Part shown: piece after piece, positions 1 to 9,795 of the stretch | Position numbering within the stretch: the stretch's first letter is position 1 | Layout: the number at the start of each line of letters is the position of its first letter | DNA from: Longimicrobiales bacterium | Lineage (GTDB): Bacteria; Gemmatimonadota; Gemmatimonadetes; Longimicrobiales; Gaopeijiaceae | Direction of reading: 5' to 3' | Assembly (NCBI GenBank): GCA_965249725.1 | Contig: CBDFMQ010000002.1 | Coordinates: 1,184,001-1,248,000, forward strand | DNA length: 64,000 nt | Program-made: the position numbers and the translations under genes | The notes under the pieces: model-generated | The model's database searches: none | The model's input: the letters and a program-made list of their open reading frames with translations, nothing else | What the model was told of the DNA's origin: nothing

Positions 1-1292
1 TCCGCGATGGCCTTCTCGATGGTCGGGCCGAAGGCGTCCACCTCCAACGCCATCTCCACGAGTCTCGTCGCCCCCGTTACCACCTCTGCGTCTTCCTCTT
101 CCCCGAATTCACCCGCCAAGACCGGAGCCGCCCTCGACATCTCGTCGAGCACGAGCGTATACGCGTCGGGGTTGGGATCCGTGAGCTCCCACTCGGCCAT
201 GAGCTCCTCGACGTTCTCCTGGAGCGCGTCCTCAACTCCTCCCTTGATCGCGGCGTCTCCCCCGTCGGAATGGACCGCGAGCTTGGTCAGCAGGCGCGTC
301 ATGGAGTGAGAGATCGTCTGCTGTGAGTTGGCCGCAGCAGCCTGAAGGACCTTCATCACGGCATCGGCGGCCAACCCCTGACTGGCGTCGAGCACGAAGC
401 GTCGCCTCTGACTGAAGTCGCCGCCCATGTCGACCAGACGTTGGAGCGTCGGATCATCCAGCTCCTCGATGAGGTCGGAGACCTGTTCGCGAATCTGTTC
501 GGTTTCTCCCTCACCGCTCTTGAGCTCCTCGGCCAGCTGAAGCAGGTGCCCCACGATCATCTGATCGTAAGCCGCCTCCTTGCGGTGCCGGCGGATCGAG
601 TCCGCTATGGCCTGGGGACTGGGAGGCTCGTCTCCATAGTCCACGTCGCCGGCCATCGCCGATCGGGCGAGTCCGAACCAAAGCTCCGTAGCCCGGTCGA
701 CCGATACGCCCTCCTTGCCCTCGCCCGAGTGCTTGATTTCGAGGCGGTCATACCCGAGCGGGAACAGGTGGAAGTGATCCCAGTCGGGAATATCATCACG
801 GGGCAGCAGTCCGATCGGATCGGCGCCGCGCTCAGAGTCGGCGGCCAGCGTGCGGCACGCCTCTTCGACCTCGGCGACCGTAGCCGCGCGGTCCACCGAT
901 ACGGCACCGATCTGGTGACCGTGCAGCCGCCGAGCGAGGTCGCTCAAGACGGGATGCCCGGCGTCGGTAGCGATACCCTCGATGATGAGCTGACCTGACG
1001 CGACACCGATGGCCAACGACTCCCGATCCTCCAGGAGCCTCGACAGGCGATCGACCACTCCCTCGGCAGCAGGTTCGAGAGAAGGATGCCCGGGGGGGTA
1101 CATGCTAAAGCGATGGACGGCGATCGACAACTGGATCAGGAACTCGGTGAGGTCGCGCGACATCGCCGGCTGATCGACGACTGCCCCTAGTTCGGGACTT
1201 GCGTCAACACCGGAGCCGTCCTCGGGCTTGAGGTTGTCCTCGAGCTCGGGGCTGTCCTCTGAGTTGTTCTTGATCTCTGGGCTGTCTGTCAC
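1..1292 (-). CDS. HEAT-repeat-type protein, N-terminal part (runs off left edge)
   Basis: Not in the ORF track because it is truncated. Manual minus-strand translation from GTG at 1292 gives MTDSPEIK...LTEFLIQLSIAVHRFSMYPPGHPSLEPAAEGVVDRL...LIIEGIATDAGHPVLSDLARRLHGHQIGAV, an N-terminus I recognise from Gemmatimonadota HEAT-repeat proteins. Confidence 0.7.
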   Translation of the reverse strand, partial: MTDSPEIKNNSEDSPELEDNLKPEDGSGVDASPELGAVVDQPAMSRDLTEFLIQLSIAVHRFSMYPPGHPSLEPAAEGVVDRLSRLLEDRESLAIGVASGQLIIEGIATDAGHPVLSDLARRLHGHQIGAVSVDRAATVAEVEEACRTLAADSERGADPIGLLPRDDIPDWDHFHLFPLGYDRLEIKHSGEGKEGVSVDRATELWFGLARSAMAGDVDYGDEPPSPQAIADSIRRHRKEAAYDQMIVGHLLQLAEELKSGEGETEQIREQVSDLIEELDDPTLQRLVDMGGDFSQRRRFVLDASQGLAADAVMKVLQAAAANSQQTISHSMTRLLTKLAVHSDGGDAAIKGGVEDALQENVEELMAEWELTDPNPDAYTLVLDEMSRAAPVLAGEFGEEEDAEVVTGATRLVEMALEVDAFGPTIEKAIA

Positions 1293-1456
1293 TGGCAGGA
1301 TCCGATATCCCGATTCGTCTTGATCGCCTCTGTCAGTTCCTCACTGCTCGATGATGATACGTGCGCCGACTGAGATGTCGAATGAGTTGGGGAGGCTTCT
1401 AGAATCAACATATATTCCGGCGGCCGAAAACTCACCCTTTCAGCGCCGGCTCGAAC

Positions 1457-1912
1457 GTGCACGAACCAAGGACACAGGACACATCGCCCGGGGTGTTGGT
1501 CCCGGCGCGCATCACTCTTTTCGGATTCGATCCCGTCGAGGCGACGGCCCGGGTCGAAGCCCGAAGCACCCGATGGCGCCTGAAACGGTCTCTTTCGGCC
1601 GTCGGCCTAGCTCTGTTGGTGGCCCCCCTCCTGGCCCTCGTCCCGCCTCACGCACCGTGGGCTCTTGGCGCCCTCGGAGTAGGCACGATCATCGCCCGCC
1701 GAAAGTGGTTGGAGAACCACAGTCTCCATGCCGTCGACGGGGGGTGTCCTCGATGCGGTGGCCGACTGTCCTTGCCGGCATCCACGCGCCTACGGCGCCC
1801 CCATCCGTTGCCGTGCGACTCATGCCAGCACGAGTCGGCTTTGGAGTTCGACCGGCTCCCGTCGGTCGAACTCAACTCGCGACATCCCGCAGCACCGACA
1901 ACGGAGGTCTGA
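1457..1912 (+). CDS. Small membrane protein with two TM segments and a C-terminal zinc ribbon
   Basis: Two hydrophobic stretches followed by CPRC and CDSC pairs; overlaps the convergent permease end by 41 bp. Confidence 0.65.
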   Translation: MHEPRTQDTSPGVLVPARITLFGFDPVEATARVEARSTRWRLKRSLSAVGLALLVAPLLALVPPHAPWALGALGVGTIIARRKWLENHSLHAVDGGCPRCGGRLSLPASTRLRRPHPLPCDSCQHESALEFDRLPSVELNSRHPAAPTTEV

Positions 1913-4409
1913 CGAGGACTCCTCGGCTTCCGGCTACTCCGACCACCAGCGTGACCCCGGTAATTCCCAACCACACGAGTCCGATCCGTACGGGATCCAA
2001 GACGAAGGGCACGGTGAAGACCTGGACCACGATGAGCCATCCAGCGACGACCGCCAGCACCAGACCGGCCAACGTGGCCAAAGACCCCAAGGCGGCGTAC
2101 TCCACCATCAGAATCTGAAGGACCGTGCTCTTCCGGGCTCCGAGCGTCCTCAGGACAGCGCTCTCTCGCATGCGCTGGTAGCGCGAGGTGGCCAGGGAGC
2201 CCAGAAGCACCAACACGCCCGCGATCGTGCTGAAGATGCCGAGAAAGCGAACCGCCTGGTTGGCCCGGTCCAAGATGGTGTCGATGGCTTGTTGCAGGCG
2301 TGACAGGTCCAGGACCGAGACGTTGGCATGTGTGCCGACCAGGTCCCTCTGGAATTCCGCTCGTTCCGTGTCACCCTCGACCCGAGCCATGATCACGGCC
2401 GTCTGCGGAGCCTCTTCGATCGCCCCGGGCTCGAAGACCACGTAGAAATTCGTCTCGAAGCGCGTCCAGTCCACCGTGCGGATGCTCGAGACTCGTGTCT
2501 CGACGGGAACGCCGGCGAAGTCCCAGGTGATCACATCCCCAAGGGTCACCTGAAGGCTCTCTGCCAGGTCGGCCTCGAGAGACACCCGGTATCCGTCCCC
2601 GTCTCCAGGAGCATCCCACCAACCTCCTTGCACCAACTCCTCCGACCCGGTGAGCTCCGATCTGTATGTGTGCCGGTACTCTCGCCGCAGAGCCCACCCC
2701 TCGGGCCTCTCCCCCTCCGGAGCGTCGAGCAGCTCCTGCTGGGTCCGTCCGTTGATCGCGATCAACCGGGATGGAACCAGCGGCGTCACCTCGGCCGAGC
2801 CCGTGGCCCGGGAGGCGACGAACGCCTCGACCTCGGACCGTTGATCGGACTGCACGTCGAACAGGAGGAGGTTCGGCCGCGCGTCTCCCACCTCCAACGT
2901 GAACTCCTGGGTCAGACTGCCTTCCACTAGACTCACCGTGCCGACTACGAAGGCGCCGAACCCGAGGGCCAGCGTGACCGAGACCGTCTGATTCTGCGGT
3001 CGAAAGAGGTTGCTCACTCCCTGACGGATCGGATACGACATGCCCTGAGGAAAGAACCGCCGGGTGGCGAAGATCAACCCCCGAGCCGCTCCCCACAGGA
3101 CGAGCGCGACCACGGAGAGCCCTCCGGAAAACGCGAGGCCCTGCACCGGAGAGGGCGCTTCAACGACGGTAAGCCCCAGAACAGTGGCCACCAGAAGCGC
3201 CAGGGCTCCGATTTTCGAGACACCGATGCGTTGGGGCGGCTCGAAGTCATGCCTCAAAGCGAGTAGGGGCGATATGCCTCTGACCTCGAGGAGAGGGCCC
3301 AAAGCGAATATGAGAGCGACCCACACGCCCAGAACGACGCCGGCGAAGGCCACCAACCACGAGATGTCCGTGGTCACTCCCACAGGCAAGACACCCGACA
3401 AGAACACCGGCAGTATCCGCTGGATGCCGATCCCGACAATGACCCCGGCCAGGGAGCCCATGAGAGCGAGCACCCCTGCCTGGAGCAGGTAGGCCGCGAA
3501 CAGTGTCTCCTGACGGGCACCGATGCAGCGAAGGACGGCCACCGTCACGACCTTCTCGCGGACGTAGACGTAGATGGCACTCGCCACGCCGATACCACCG
3601 AGGAAAAGGGCCGCGAGCCCGATCAGTCCGAGGTAGCGCGCCAAATCGTCCAGGGCCGAGCTCATCTCCTGCGCCCTGTAGGCCGCCGGGGTGTGTTGTA
3701 GTCGGTTTCGCGAGAAGAGCTCTTCGTGGTCATTCCAGAGCTGATCCCGGTCGGCTCGTTCCGGCATGAGGAAGTTGGCGTGGTAACGGGCGATGGATCC
3801 GAATATGACAAGCCCCGTCTCCTCCAGTCGGTCGCGGCCGATATAGACGCGGGGTCCGATGGCGGTTTGAAAACCCACGTCCGTCGGAAGTCCCGTGACC
3901 GTGCCCCTGAGGACGAACCGCGCCTGACCAATGGCCAACGTGTCGCCGGGCCGTGCGTCCAACTGGACCATGACCGCAGGGTCGACGACCGCCCACGGTC
4001 CATCGTGAACCTGGGCCCAGGCCTCGGACGGATCGGACGCCACCGTGCCATAGAAGGGAAAACCAGGGTCCACGGCGCGAATCTGGAACAGCCGCACGCC
4101 ACCGCTGCGTAGATCGAGCACCATTGAAGCGAGCGTCGTCGTGCGGGCGATCTCACGGCCCTCCGAAATCATTGAATCGAGAACTGCCTCGAACTCTTCG
4201 GGAAAAGCCCGATTCGACGAAACCCGTACGTCGGCACCCAAGAGCACCCGAGCCTGGTCGCCGAGAGAGCGTTCCACATCACGCCGGAACGAGTGGATGG
4301 CTACCAGAGCCGCGACTCCCAATGCGATGGAACCCATGAACACCGAGAGTCGACGATAGCTGGCTCGACCCTCTCGCCACGCCAGCCGAACCGCAAAGGA
4401 CCGGATCAC
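1872..4409 (-). CDS. ybbP: ABC transporter permease, YbbP/FtsX-like
   Basis: 845 aa, LAWRE N-terminus, two FtsX-like membrane blocks (LRCIGA, LRTLGA motifs), coupled to the ATPase gene. Confidence 0.9.
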   Translation of the reverse strand: MIRSFAVRLAWREGRASYRRLSVFMGSIALGVAALVAIHSFRRDVERSLGDQARVLLGADVRVSSNRAFPEEFEAVLDSMISEGREIARTTTLASMVLDLRSGGVRLFQIRAVDPGFPFYGTVASDPSEAWAQVHDGPWAVVDPAVMVQLDARPGDTLAIGQARFVLRGTVTGLPTDVGFQTAIGPRVYIGRDRLEETGLVIFGSIARYHANFLMPERADRDQLWNDHEELFSRNRLQHTPAAYRAQEMSSALDDLARYLGLIGLAALFLGGIGVASAIYVYVREKVVTVAVLRCIGARQETLFAAYLLQAGVLALMGSLAGVIVGIGIQRILPVFLSGVLPVGVTTDISWLVAFAGVVLGVWVALIFALGPLLEVRGISPLLALRHDFEPPQRIGVSKIGALALLVATVLGLTVVEAPSPVQGLAFSGGLSVVALVLWGAARGLIFATRRFFPQGMSYPIRQGVSNLFRPQNQTVSVTLALGFGAFVVGTVSLVEGSLTQEFTLEVGDARPNLLLFDVQSDQRSEVEAFVASRATGSAEVTPLVPSRLIAINGRTQQELLDAPEGERPEGWALRREYRHTYRSELTGSEELVQGGWWDAPGDGDGYRVSLEADLAESLQVTLGDVITWDFAGVPVETRVSSIRTVDWTRFETNFYVVFEPGAIEEAPQTAVIMARVEGDTERAEFQRDLVGTHANVSVLDLSRLQQAIDTILDRANQAVRFLGIFSTIAGVLVLLGSLATSRYQRMRESAVLRTLGARKSTVLQILMVEYAALGSLATLAGLVLAVVAGWLIVVQVFTVPFVLDPVRIGLVWLGITGVTLVVGVAGSRGVLVRPPLSVLRDVAS

Positions 4410-5140
4410 TCGAACGCGCCGCCGTGTACGCCTCCGTGTACGCCGCCGGATGCGCCGCTCGTGTCTGAGACGATCCGGCCATCGGCCAGCGAGACCGTCC
4501 GATGAGCCCGCTCCGCCAAACCGAGATCGTGCGTCACGAGAACGAGCGTAGTCTGCGACTCCCGGTTCAGCTCCTCCAGCAGCTCGACCACGTGCAGCCC
4601 CGTCTTTCGGTCGAGATTCCCGGTGGGCTCGTCCGCGAACAGGATGCGTGGCTGGTTGGAAAAGGCACGGGCCAAGGCCACACGCTGCTGCTCTCCTCCA
4701 GAGAGTTGCGCCGGATAGTGATCCGTACGGTCACCGAGGCCGACTCGAGCGAGCAGTTCGCGGCTCCGTTCCCGAATGTCGTTTCCGTTGCGGCTCTGGC
4801 TGCGCCCGAGGAGCTCGAGGGGCACCATCACGTTTTCGAGCGCCGTCAGGGTGGGCAGCAAATGGAATGTCTGGAAGACGAAGCCCACGTTCTCGGCCCG
4901 AAACCTGGCCCGGCCGTCCTCGGTAAGACTGAAGAGATCCGCCCCGGCAACGGTTACCTTACCTTCCGTGGGCTGATCGAGCCCCGCCATGAGCCCGAGG
5001 AGGGTTGTCTTACCACTCCCAGAGGGTCCGGCGATGGCCACGAAGCTCTCGGGTTCTACATCGAGATCAACGCTATCCAACACGCGAAGGGGTCGCCCTC
5101 CGCTCATGTATTCTTTCGACAGACCCACAGCTCGGATCAT
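4406..5140 (-). CDS. ybbA: ABC transporter ATP-binding protein, YbbA/LolD-like
   Basis: Walker A GPSGSGKT, signature LSGGEQQR, Walker B ILFADEPTGNLD, H-loop VTHD. Confidence 0.93.
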   Translation of the reverse strand: MIRAVGLSKEYMSGGRPLRVLDSVDLDVEPESFVAIAGPSGSGKTTLLGLMAGLDQPTEGKVTVAGADLFSLTEDGRARFRAENVGFVFQTFHLLPTLTALENVMVPLELLGRSQSRNGNDIRERSRELLARVGLGDRTDHYPAQLSGGEQQRVALARAFSNQPRILFADEPTGNLDRKTGLHVVELLEELNRESQTTLVLVTHDLGLAERAHRTVSLADGRIVSDTSGASGGVHGGVHGGAFE

Positions 5141-5879
5141 GGTCGCGGTCGCTCTCTTGGCACTGTGGCTTCCTTCGGGCGGATGTGGCCCTGGTACCGA
5201 CTCGGACGTGGTACGCTCCGAGGGTCAGGAAGGTTCAACGCCTGGGGACGGAGCCCCGGTCGGGGGCGCTCCGACGTCGGCCGAAGCGGGCCGGCGGGGA
5301 AGAGTCGTCTTCGTGGGAACGAGCTTGACCGCCGGGTATGGCCTCGACGATCCAACGGTTCGCTTTACGAACCGCCTCCAGGCGAAGATCGACTCGGCCG
5401 GTCTCCCCTTCGAGATCGTGAACGCCGGTGTGAGCGGTGATACGAGCGCCGGGGGGCTTCGACGCATCAGCTGGCTTCTGCGGGCACCGGTGAGGGTGCT
5501 CGTCATCGAGCTGGGAGCCAACGACGGACTCCGGGGGCTGTCCGTCGATACCATGCGGCGGAATCTGCAGGCAGTCATGGACAGCGCGCGGACGCGGTAT
5601 CCCGATGTCCGGCTCGTGCTCTCCGGCATGGAAGCGCCCCCCAACCTCGGACCGGACTACGGGTCCGACTTTCGATCGGTGTTCACCGACCTGGCGGAGG
5701 AGAACGATGCCGTCCTGATCCCCTTCCTGCTCGAGGGCGTGGCAGGCCTCCCGGAGCTCAACCAGGTAGATGGGATTCACCCGACTGCAGAAGGCCACGG
5801 CCGAGTATCGGAGACGGTGTGGGGCTACCTCCAGCCAGTGCTCCGAGTGGTCACGAACAACGCAGCAGACCGACCATGA
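5106..5879 (+). CDS. tesA: SGNH/GDSL arylesterase-thioesterase, TesA-like, probably exported or a lipoprotein
   Basis: Blocks GTSLTAGYG, NAGVSGDTS, ELGANDG, DGIHP. Start probably ATG 5106 or 5139, not 4989; hydrophobic signal ends in ..SGGC. Confidence 0.88.
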   Translation: MYSFDRPTARIMVAVALLALWLPSGGCGPGTDSDVVRSEGQEGSTPGDGAPVGGAPTSAEAGRRGRVVFVGTSLTAGYGLDDPTVRFTNRLQAKIDSAGLPFEIVNAGVSGDTSAGGLRRISWLLRAPVRVLVIELGANDGLRGLSVDTMRRNLQAVMDSARTRYPDVRLVLSGMEAPPNLGPDYGSDFRSVFTDLAEENDAVLIPFLLEGVAGLPELNQVDGIHPTAEGHGRVSETVWGYLQPVLRVVTNNAADRP

Positions 5880-6400
5880 TGAGGCGTCTCACCAAGGTCT
5901 TCGGCGTGATCGGAGGACTCCTCGTGGCATTTATGGTCCTCGGATTCTTGCTCCCGGGCACGTGGTCTGCCGAGGCGTCGATCGAGATCCAGGCGGAGCC
6001 CGAATCGGTCTTTCCGCTGCTCGCGGACCTCCGGCGTTGGGACGAGTGGACCCAGTGGGCAGAGGTGGAGTCCACGCTCAGTGACCCCTCCTCCGGGCTG
6101 GGGGCCATCCGCAGTTGGGACGACGAGCAGTACGGGTCCGGATCGGTGACGATCACCGAGAGTCGGCCTTTCGCCTTGGTCGCCTATCGGGTCCGTATCG
6201 GCGAAGGGGCCGAGGTGATCGGCACGCTGCGTCTCGAGCAGTCGCCGCGTGGCAGCGTCGTGGCGTGGCGTGAAGAGGGCGACTTCGGACGAAACCCACT
6301 CATGGGCTATATCGCGAGGACCATGTCCGACTCACAGGGACAGCAGCTCACGGAGGGCCTCACCCGCCTCGAGGCCGTGATAGGATCCGGCGCGCCCTAG
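5876..6400 (+). CDS. SRPBCC/polyketide-cyclase family protein with N-terminal anchor
   Basis: ATGA overlap with tesA stop; N-terminal TM then 'IEIQAEPESVFPLLADLRRWDEW' SRPBCC pattern. Confidence 0.8.
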   Translation: MMRRLTKVFGVIGGLLVAFMVLGFLLPGTWSAEASIEIQAEPESVFPLLADLRRWDEWTQWAEVESTLSDPSSGLGAIRSWDDEQYGSGSVTITESRPFALVAYRVRIGEGAEVIGTLRLEQSPRGSVVAWREEGDFGRNPLMGYIARTMSDSQGQQLTEGLTRLEAVIGSGAP

Positions 6401-7899
6401 ATCTTCTGGCTGGCCAGAGCCACGAGTCCTTCGTTGGTCCGGGTACGCCGCATGACCCCGAGCAGTTCGCTCATGGCGTCGGCCGGTGACACGTCAGACA
6501 ATTGTCGACGCATCGCCCGTGAGACGGACAGGCTGTCGGAATCGAGCAGCAACTCCTCTTTCCGCGTCGCCGACGCGGTGAGATCGATGGCCGGGTAGAG
6601 CCTCTTGTCCGCCAACTCCCGACTGAGCACCAACTCGCTGTTTCCCGTGCCCTTGAATTCCTCGAAGATGACTTGGTCCATCCGGGATCCGGTGTCGACG
6701 AGAGCCGTGGCGACGATCGTCAATGATCCCCCACCCTGCCGAGGGTCGATCTTCCGCGCACTGCCGATGAAGCGCTTCGGCTTCTCTAGCGAATTCGCAT
6801 CGAGTCCTCCAGAGAGTGTACGACCGCTCCCCTCCTCGACCGAGTTGTAGGCCCGCGCGAGCCGCGTGATCGAATCCAGAATGATCACCACGTCCTTGCC
6901 GCTCTCCACCATCCGGCGAGCGCGCTCGAGAGTCATTTCGGCGACCTGGCAGTGACGCTCGGCCGGTCGGTCGAAACTCGATGCGATCACCTCGCCGAAG
7001 CCGCACATCTCCATGTCCGTGATCTCCTCGGGCCGTTCGTCGGCAAGGAGGATCAACAGCGTGCACTCCGGGTGGTTCGTCACGATCCCCTCGGCAACCG
7101 CCTGGAGCACCGTGGTCTTACCGGCCTTCGAGGGAGCGACGATCATGGCCCGCTGTCCCTTGCCGAACGGGCAGAACAGGTCGATGACGCGATTCGTGTA
7201 GTCCGGCTCTCCGCCCACGGTCCGATCACAGGACAGGGTGAGCTGCTCGCTGGGGTGAACCGCACTCAAACGGTTGAAATCGGGGCGTCGGCTGGCGTCG
7301 TCAGGAGGACCCCCGTTGACCAGGCCCAGATGTGTAAGCGGCGGACTCTTGCCGTTCTTGGGACGCCGTCCTACGGATCCGGTGAGTTCGTCTCCGGTAC
7401 GCAGGCCGAACTTATGAATCACTTTGGCGCCGACGTAGATGTCTTCCTGGCTGGCTATGTAGCCCGCATCACGGCGGCGGATGAACCCTGAGCCACTACC
7501 GAGCACTTCAAGGAGGCCCAGGGGCTCTCCGGGCACGTAGTTCTCATCGGTCTCATTGAATTCATAGTCGTACTCATCCGGAGCATTCCGATTCTGCTGC
7601 TGCCGGTTCTGCTGCTGCCGGTTCTGCTGCTGGCCACCCTGCTGCTGGCCACCTTGCTGCTGGCCACCTTGCTGCCCCCGACCTCGACCCCGACCTCGGC
7701 CTCGCTTCTGTCGGCCTCGTTGGCCTCGACCGCGCTGCGGGGGACGATCCTGTTTGTCCCCAGACTCGGAACGATCCTGGGACGCAGAGGAACCCTGTTC
7801 CTCTCGATTCTGCTGCTCGGGACCCTTCTGGTCCGGAGACTCCGGCTGATCCTGCTGTGCCTCGGAATCGAGGCGATCATTGGGTGTGTTACCGTCCAC
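6397..7899 (-). CDS. rho: Transcription termination factor Rho with low-complexity N-terminal extension
   Basis: APSKAGKT P-loop, DERPEE, DSITRLARAYN, GRTLSGGLD, FEEFKGTGNSEL; first ~120 aa are Q/N/G/R-rich. Confidence 0.95.
   Translation of the reverse strand: MDGNTPNDRLDSEAQQDQPESPDQKGPEQQNREEQGSSASQDRSESGDKQDRPPQRGRGQRGRQKRGRGRGRGRGQQGGQQQGGQQQGGQQQNRQQQNRQQQNRNAPDEYDYEFNETDENYVPGEPLGLLEVLGSGSGFIRRRDAGYIASQEDIYVGAKVIHKFGLRTGDELTGSVGRRPKNGKSPPLTHLGLVNGGPPDDASRRPDFNRLSAVHPSEQLTLSCDRTVGGEPDYTNRVIDLFCPFGKGQRAMIVAPSKAGKTTVLQAVAEGIVTNHPECTLLILLADERPEEITDMEMCGFGEVIASSFDRPAERHCQVAEMTLERARRMVESGKDVVIILDSITRLARAYNSVEEGSGRTLSGGLDANSLEKPKRFIGSARKIDPRQGGGSLTIVATALVDTGSRMDQVIFEEFKGTGNSELVLSRELADKRLYPAIDLTASATRKEELLLDSDSLSVSRAMRRQLSDVSPADAMSELLGVMRRTRTNEGLVALASQKI
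7588..7674. repeat. Coding 15-bp tandem repeats inside rho (QQQNR x3 and GGQQQ-type x3)
   Basis: ccg(a/g)ttctgctgctg x3 followed by gccacc(c/t)tgctgctg x2 plus a partial third copy. Confidence 0.9.
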
Positions 7900-8312
7900 T
7901 ATTTTGAATTTCCTTGCTCTGGGCCCAACGAATCCTGGGCCAGGCTACACTGTTCGAGGAACGCACAACTACGAATGTCATCACTCCGCCTACACGCCCT
8001 CACCGTCTGAGACGGCTGGCATGCGTACCGAGATATTCACGACCGAGATACTCAGGCTCGAAAAGGATTCGGCACCCCTGGCGATGTCGGGGTGCCCCGT
8101 CCAATTTGCCAGCCCGTGTTCGCATGCGAAGGCGCACAGGCAATCCGACGGTATAAACCGCCGGGGACGGTGAGTCCGAGATTGGAACGACTCGAGAGTT
8201 CGGCCTGAAGTATCAGAAATCTGCGTTCCAGGCACCCGAATGGGTGGTCACTAATCTTCCTCGTTTCGTGCTCCATGGCAAGGGACGCGGTCGCAACACC
8301 GGAGACTGAGCC

Positions 8313-9611
8313 ATGCTGTCCGTTCGTCATCAGCGTCGCGATTTCCTCAAATCGTTGGCGGCCTTGGCTCTCGCCGGGCCCGCCGTCTCACGTCTCGAAC
8401 TCGTCGAAGAGGCGTTCGGTGCCGAACTCGAGTACGTCGCTTCCGGCCCTCGTTCCGCTGCCACCTGGGAGGCACTCCGAGAGCGATACATGCTTGCCTC
8501 CGACGTCGTCTATCTGAATCACGCCTCGATCGGAACGATTCCGCGAGCAGTCCACGAGGCATGTGTCGAGTACATGCGCGTCTGCGAGGAAAACCCCTGG
8601 CTGTATATGTGGGGCGGCGCCTGGGAGGAGCCCCGCGAGGCCGTCCGCAACAAAGCCGCCGCCCTCCTCGGAGCCGATCCCGACACCGTCGCCATCACAC
8701 ACAACACCACGGAGGGCTTCAACGTCCTGGCCCAAGGCCTGCCGCTGGGCCCAGGTGACGAGGTACTCTACAGCTCCATGAATCACGATGGTGCCAGCGT
8801 CGCGTGGGACCACCACGCCTCCAGGAGAGGATACGCCGTCCGCCGCTTCGACTTTCCGGTGACGGACGTACCCAACCTCACCGTCGACCAGGTTGTCGAG
8901 ATCCATCGCCGCCAGATTCGTCCCGAGACCAGGGTGCTCGTCTTCCCCCATGTGGACAACATCGTGGGTCTCCGGCACCCCATGGCGGCCCTCACGGCGA
9001 TGGCCAGGGCGGAGGGCGTTGAGTTCGTTGCGGTGGACGGAGCGCAAACCGCCGGCATGATTCCCCTGGACCTCGAAGCGTCGGGAGTCGACGCCTACTC
9101 GACCAGTCCACACAAGTGGATCCAGTCTCCCAAGGGCCTGGGCCTTCTCTACGTGAGACGAGAGGCCCTCGAGGCGGTCCACCCGATGTGGGTCACATGG
9201 GGCCAACGCCGCTGGTCCGGGAGCGCACGAATGTTCGAGGACTACGGCACGCGCAACCTTGCCGAACTTCTGGCCATGGGTGATGGGCTCGACTTCCAGA
9301 ACAGCCTCGGATCCGAGCACAAGGAGACCCGATACCGGGAAATCCGGGAGGACCTGAAGGCCCGCGTTGAGGCCGACCCGTCCCTCTCCTGGCGTTCGCC
9401 CGAGAATTGGGAACTCGGCGGATCGCTCATCGGGATCGGCTTTGAATCGCCGGGGGCCAACGCGGTGTCGGTCGGCATGTACACCGATCGGGGCATCGTC
9501 CTCCGTCCCTTCCAGACCCAGGGCCTCAACGCCCTGCGGATCTCTCCCAACACGATCACATCTTCACAGGAGATCGAGGCCCTTTTCTCGGCTCTCGACG
9601 CTCGGAGCTGA
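8313..9611 (+). CDS. Class V PLP-dependent aminotransferase-fold enzyme (isopenicillin-N epimerase / cysteine lyase-like) with Tat signal
   Basis: RRDFLK twin-arginine motif; YLNHASIG, NTTEG, VDGAQ, SPHKW (PLP lysine). Confidence 0.85.
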   Translation: MLSVRHQRRDFLKSLAALALAGPAVSRLELVEEAFGAELEYVASGPRSAATWEALRERYMLASDVVYLNHASIGTIPRAVHEACVEYMRVCEENPWLYMWGGAWEEPREAVRNKAAALLGADPDTVAITHNTTEGFNVLAQGLPLGPGDEVLYSSMNHDGASVAWDHHASRRGYAVRRFDFPVTDVPNLTVDQVVEIHRRQIRPETRVLVFPHVDNIVGLRHPMAALTAMARAEGVEFVAVDGAQTAGMIPLDLEASGVDAYSTSPHKWIQSPKGLGLLYVRREALEAVHPMWVTWGQRRWSGSARMFEDYGTRNLAELLAMGDGLDFQNSLGSEHKETRYREIREDLKARVEADPSLSWRSPENWELGGSLIGIGFESPGANAVSVGMYTDRGIVLRPFQTQGLNALRISPNTITSSQEIEALFSALDARS

Positions 9612-9744
9612 GCCGGAATCGACCGGGGAGCCTGTCCTCCACAAGCCTTTCTCCGTGTCCTCCGGTGGTGACACAGGGGATAATCCATAGATCTCACGCC
9701 CGGGAATATGGCTTAAATAAAGGGTTCTCCGGATATGCCTTTAG

Positions 9745-9760
9745 TGGCACGCGCCGTGCA
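9745..9760 (+). promoter_or_regulatory. Putative sigma-54 (-24/-12) promoter
   Basis: TGGCACGCGCCGTGCA = GG-N10-GC, 35 nt upstream of GTG 9796, with an AT-rich tract (ttaaataaa) just upstream. Confidence 0.55.
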
Positions 9761-9795
9761 CTGGTTTTCATCGAGATCTTCCAAGGAGGCACATC

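Noticed and set aside
7900..8312. Small ORFs or a riboswitch upstream of rho
   Set aside because: No recognisable motif; more simply a long rho leader plus divergent promoters.
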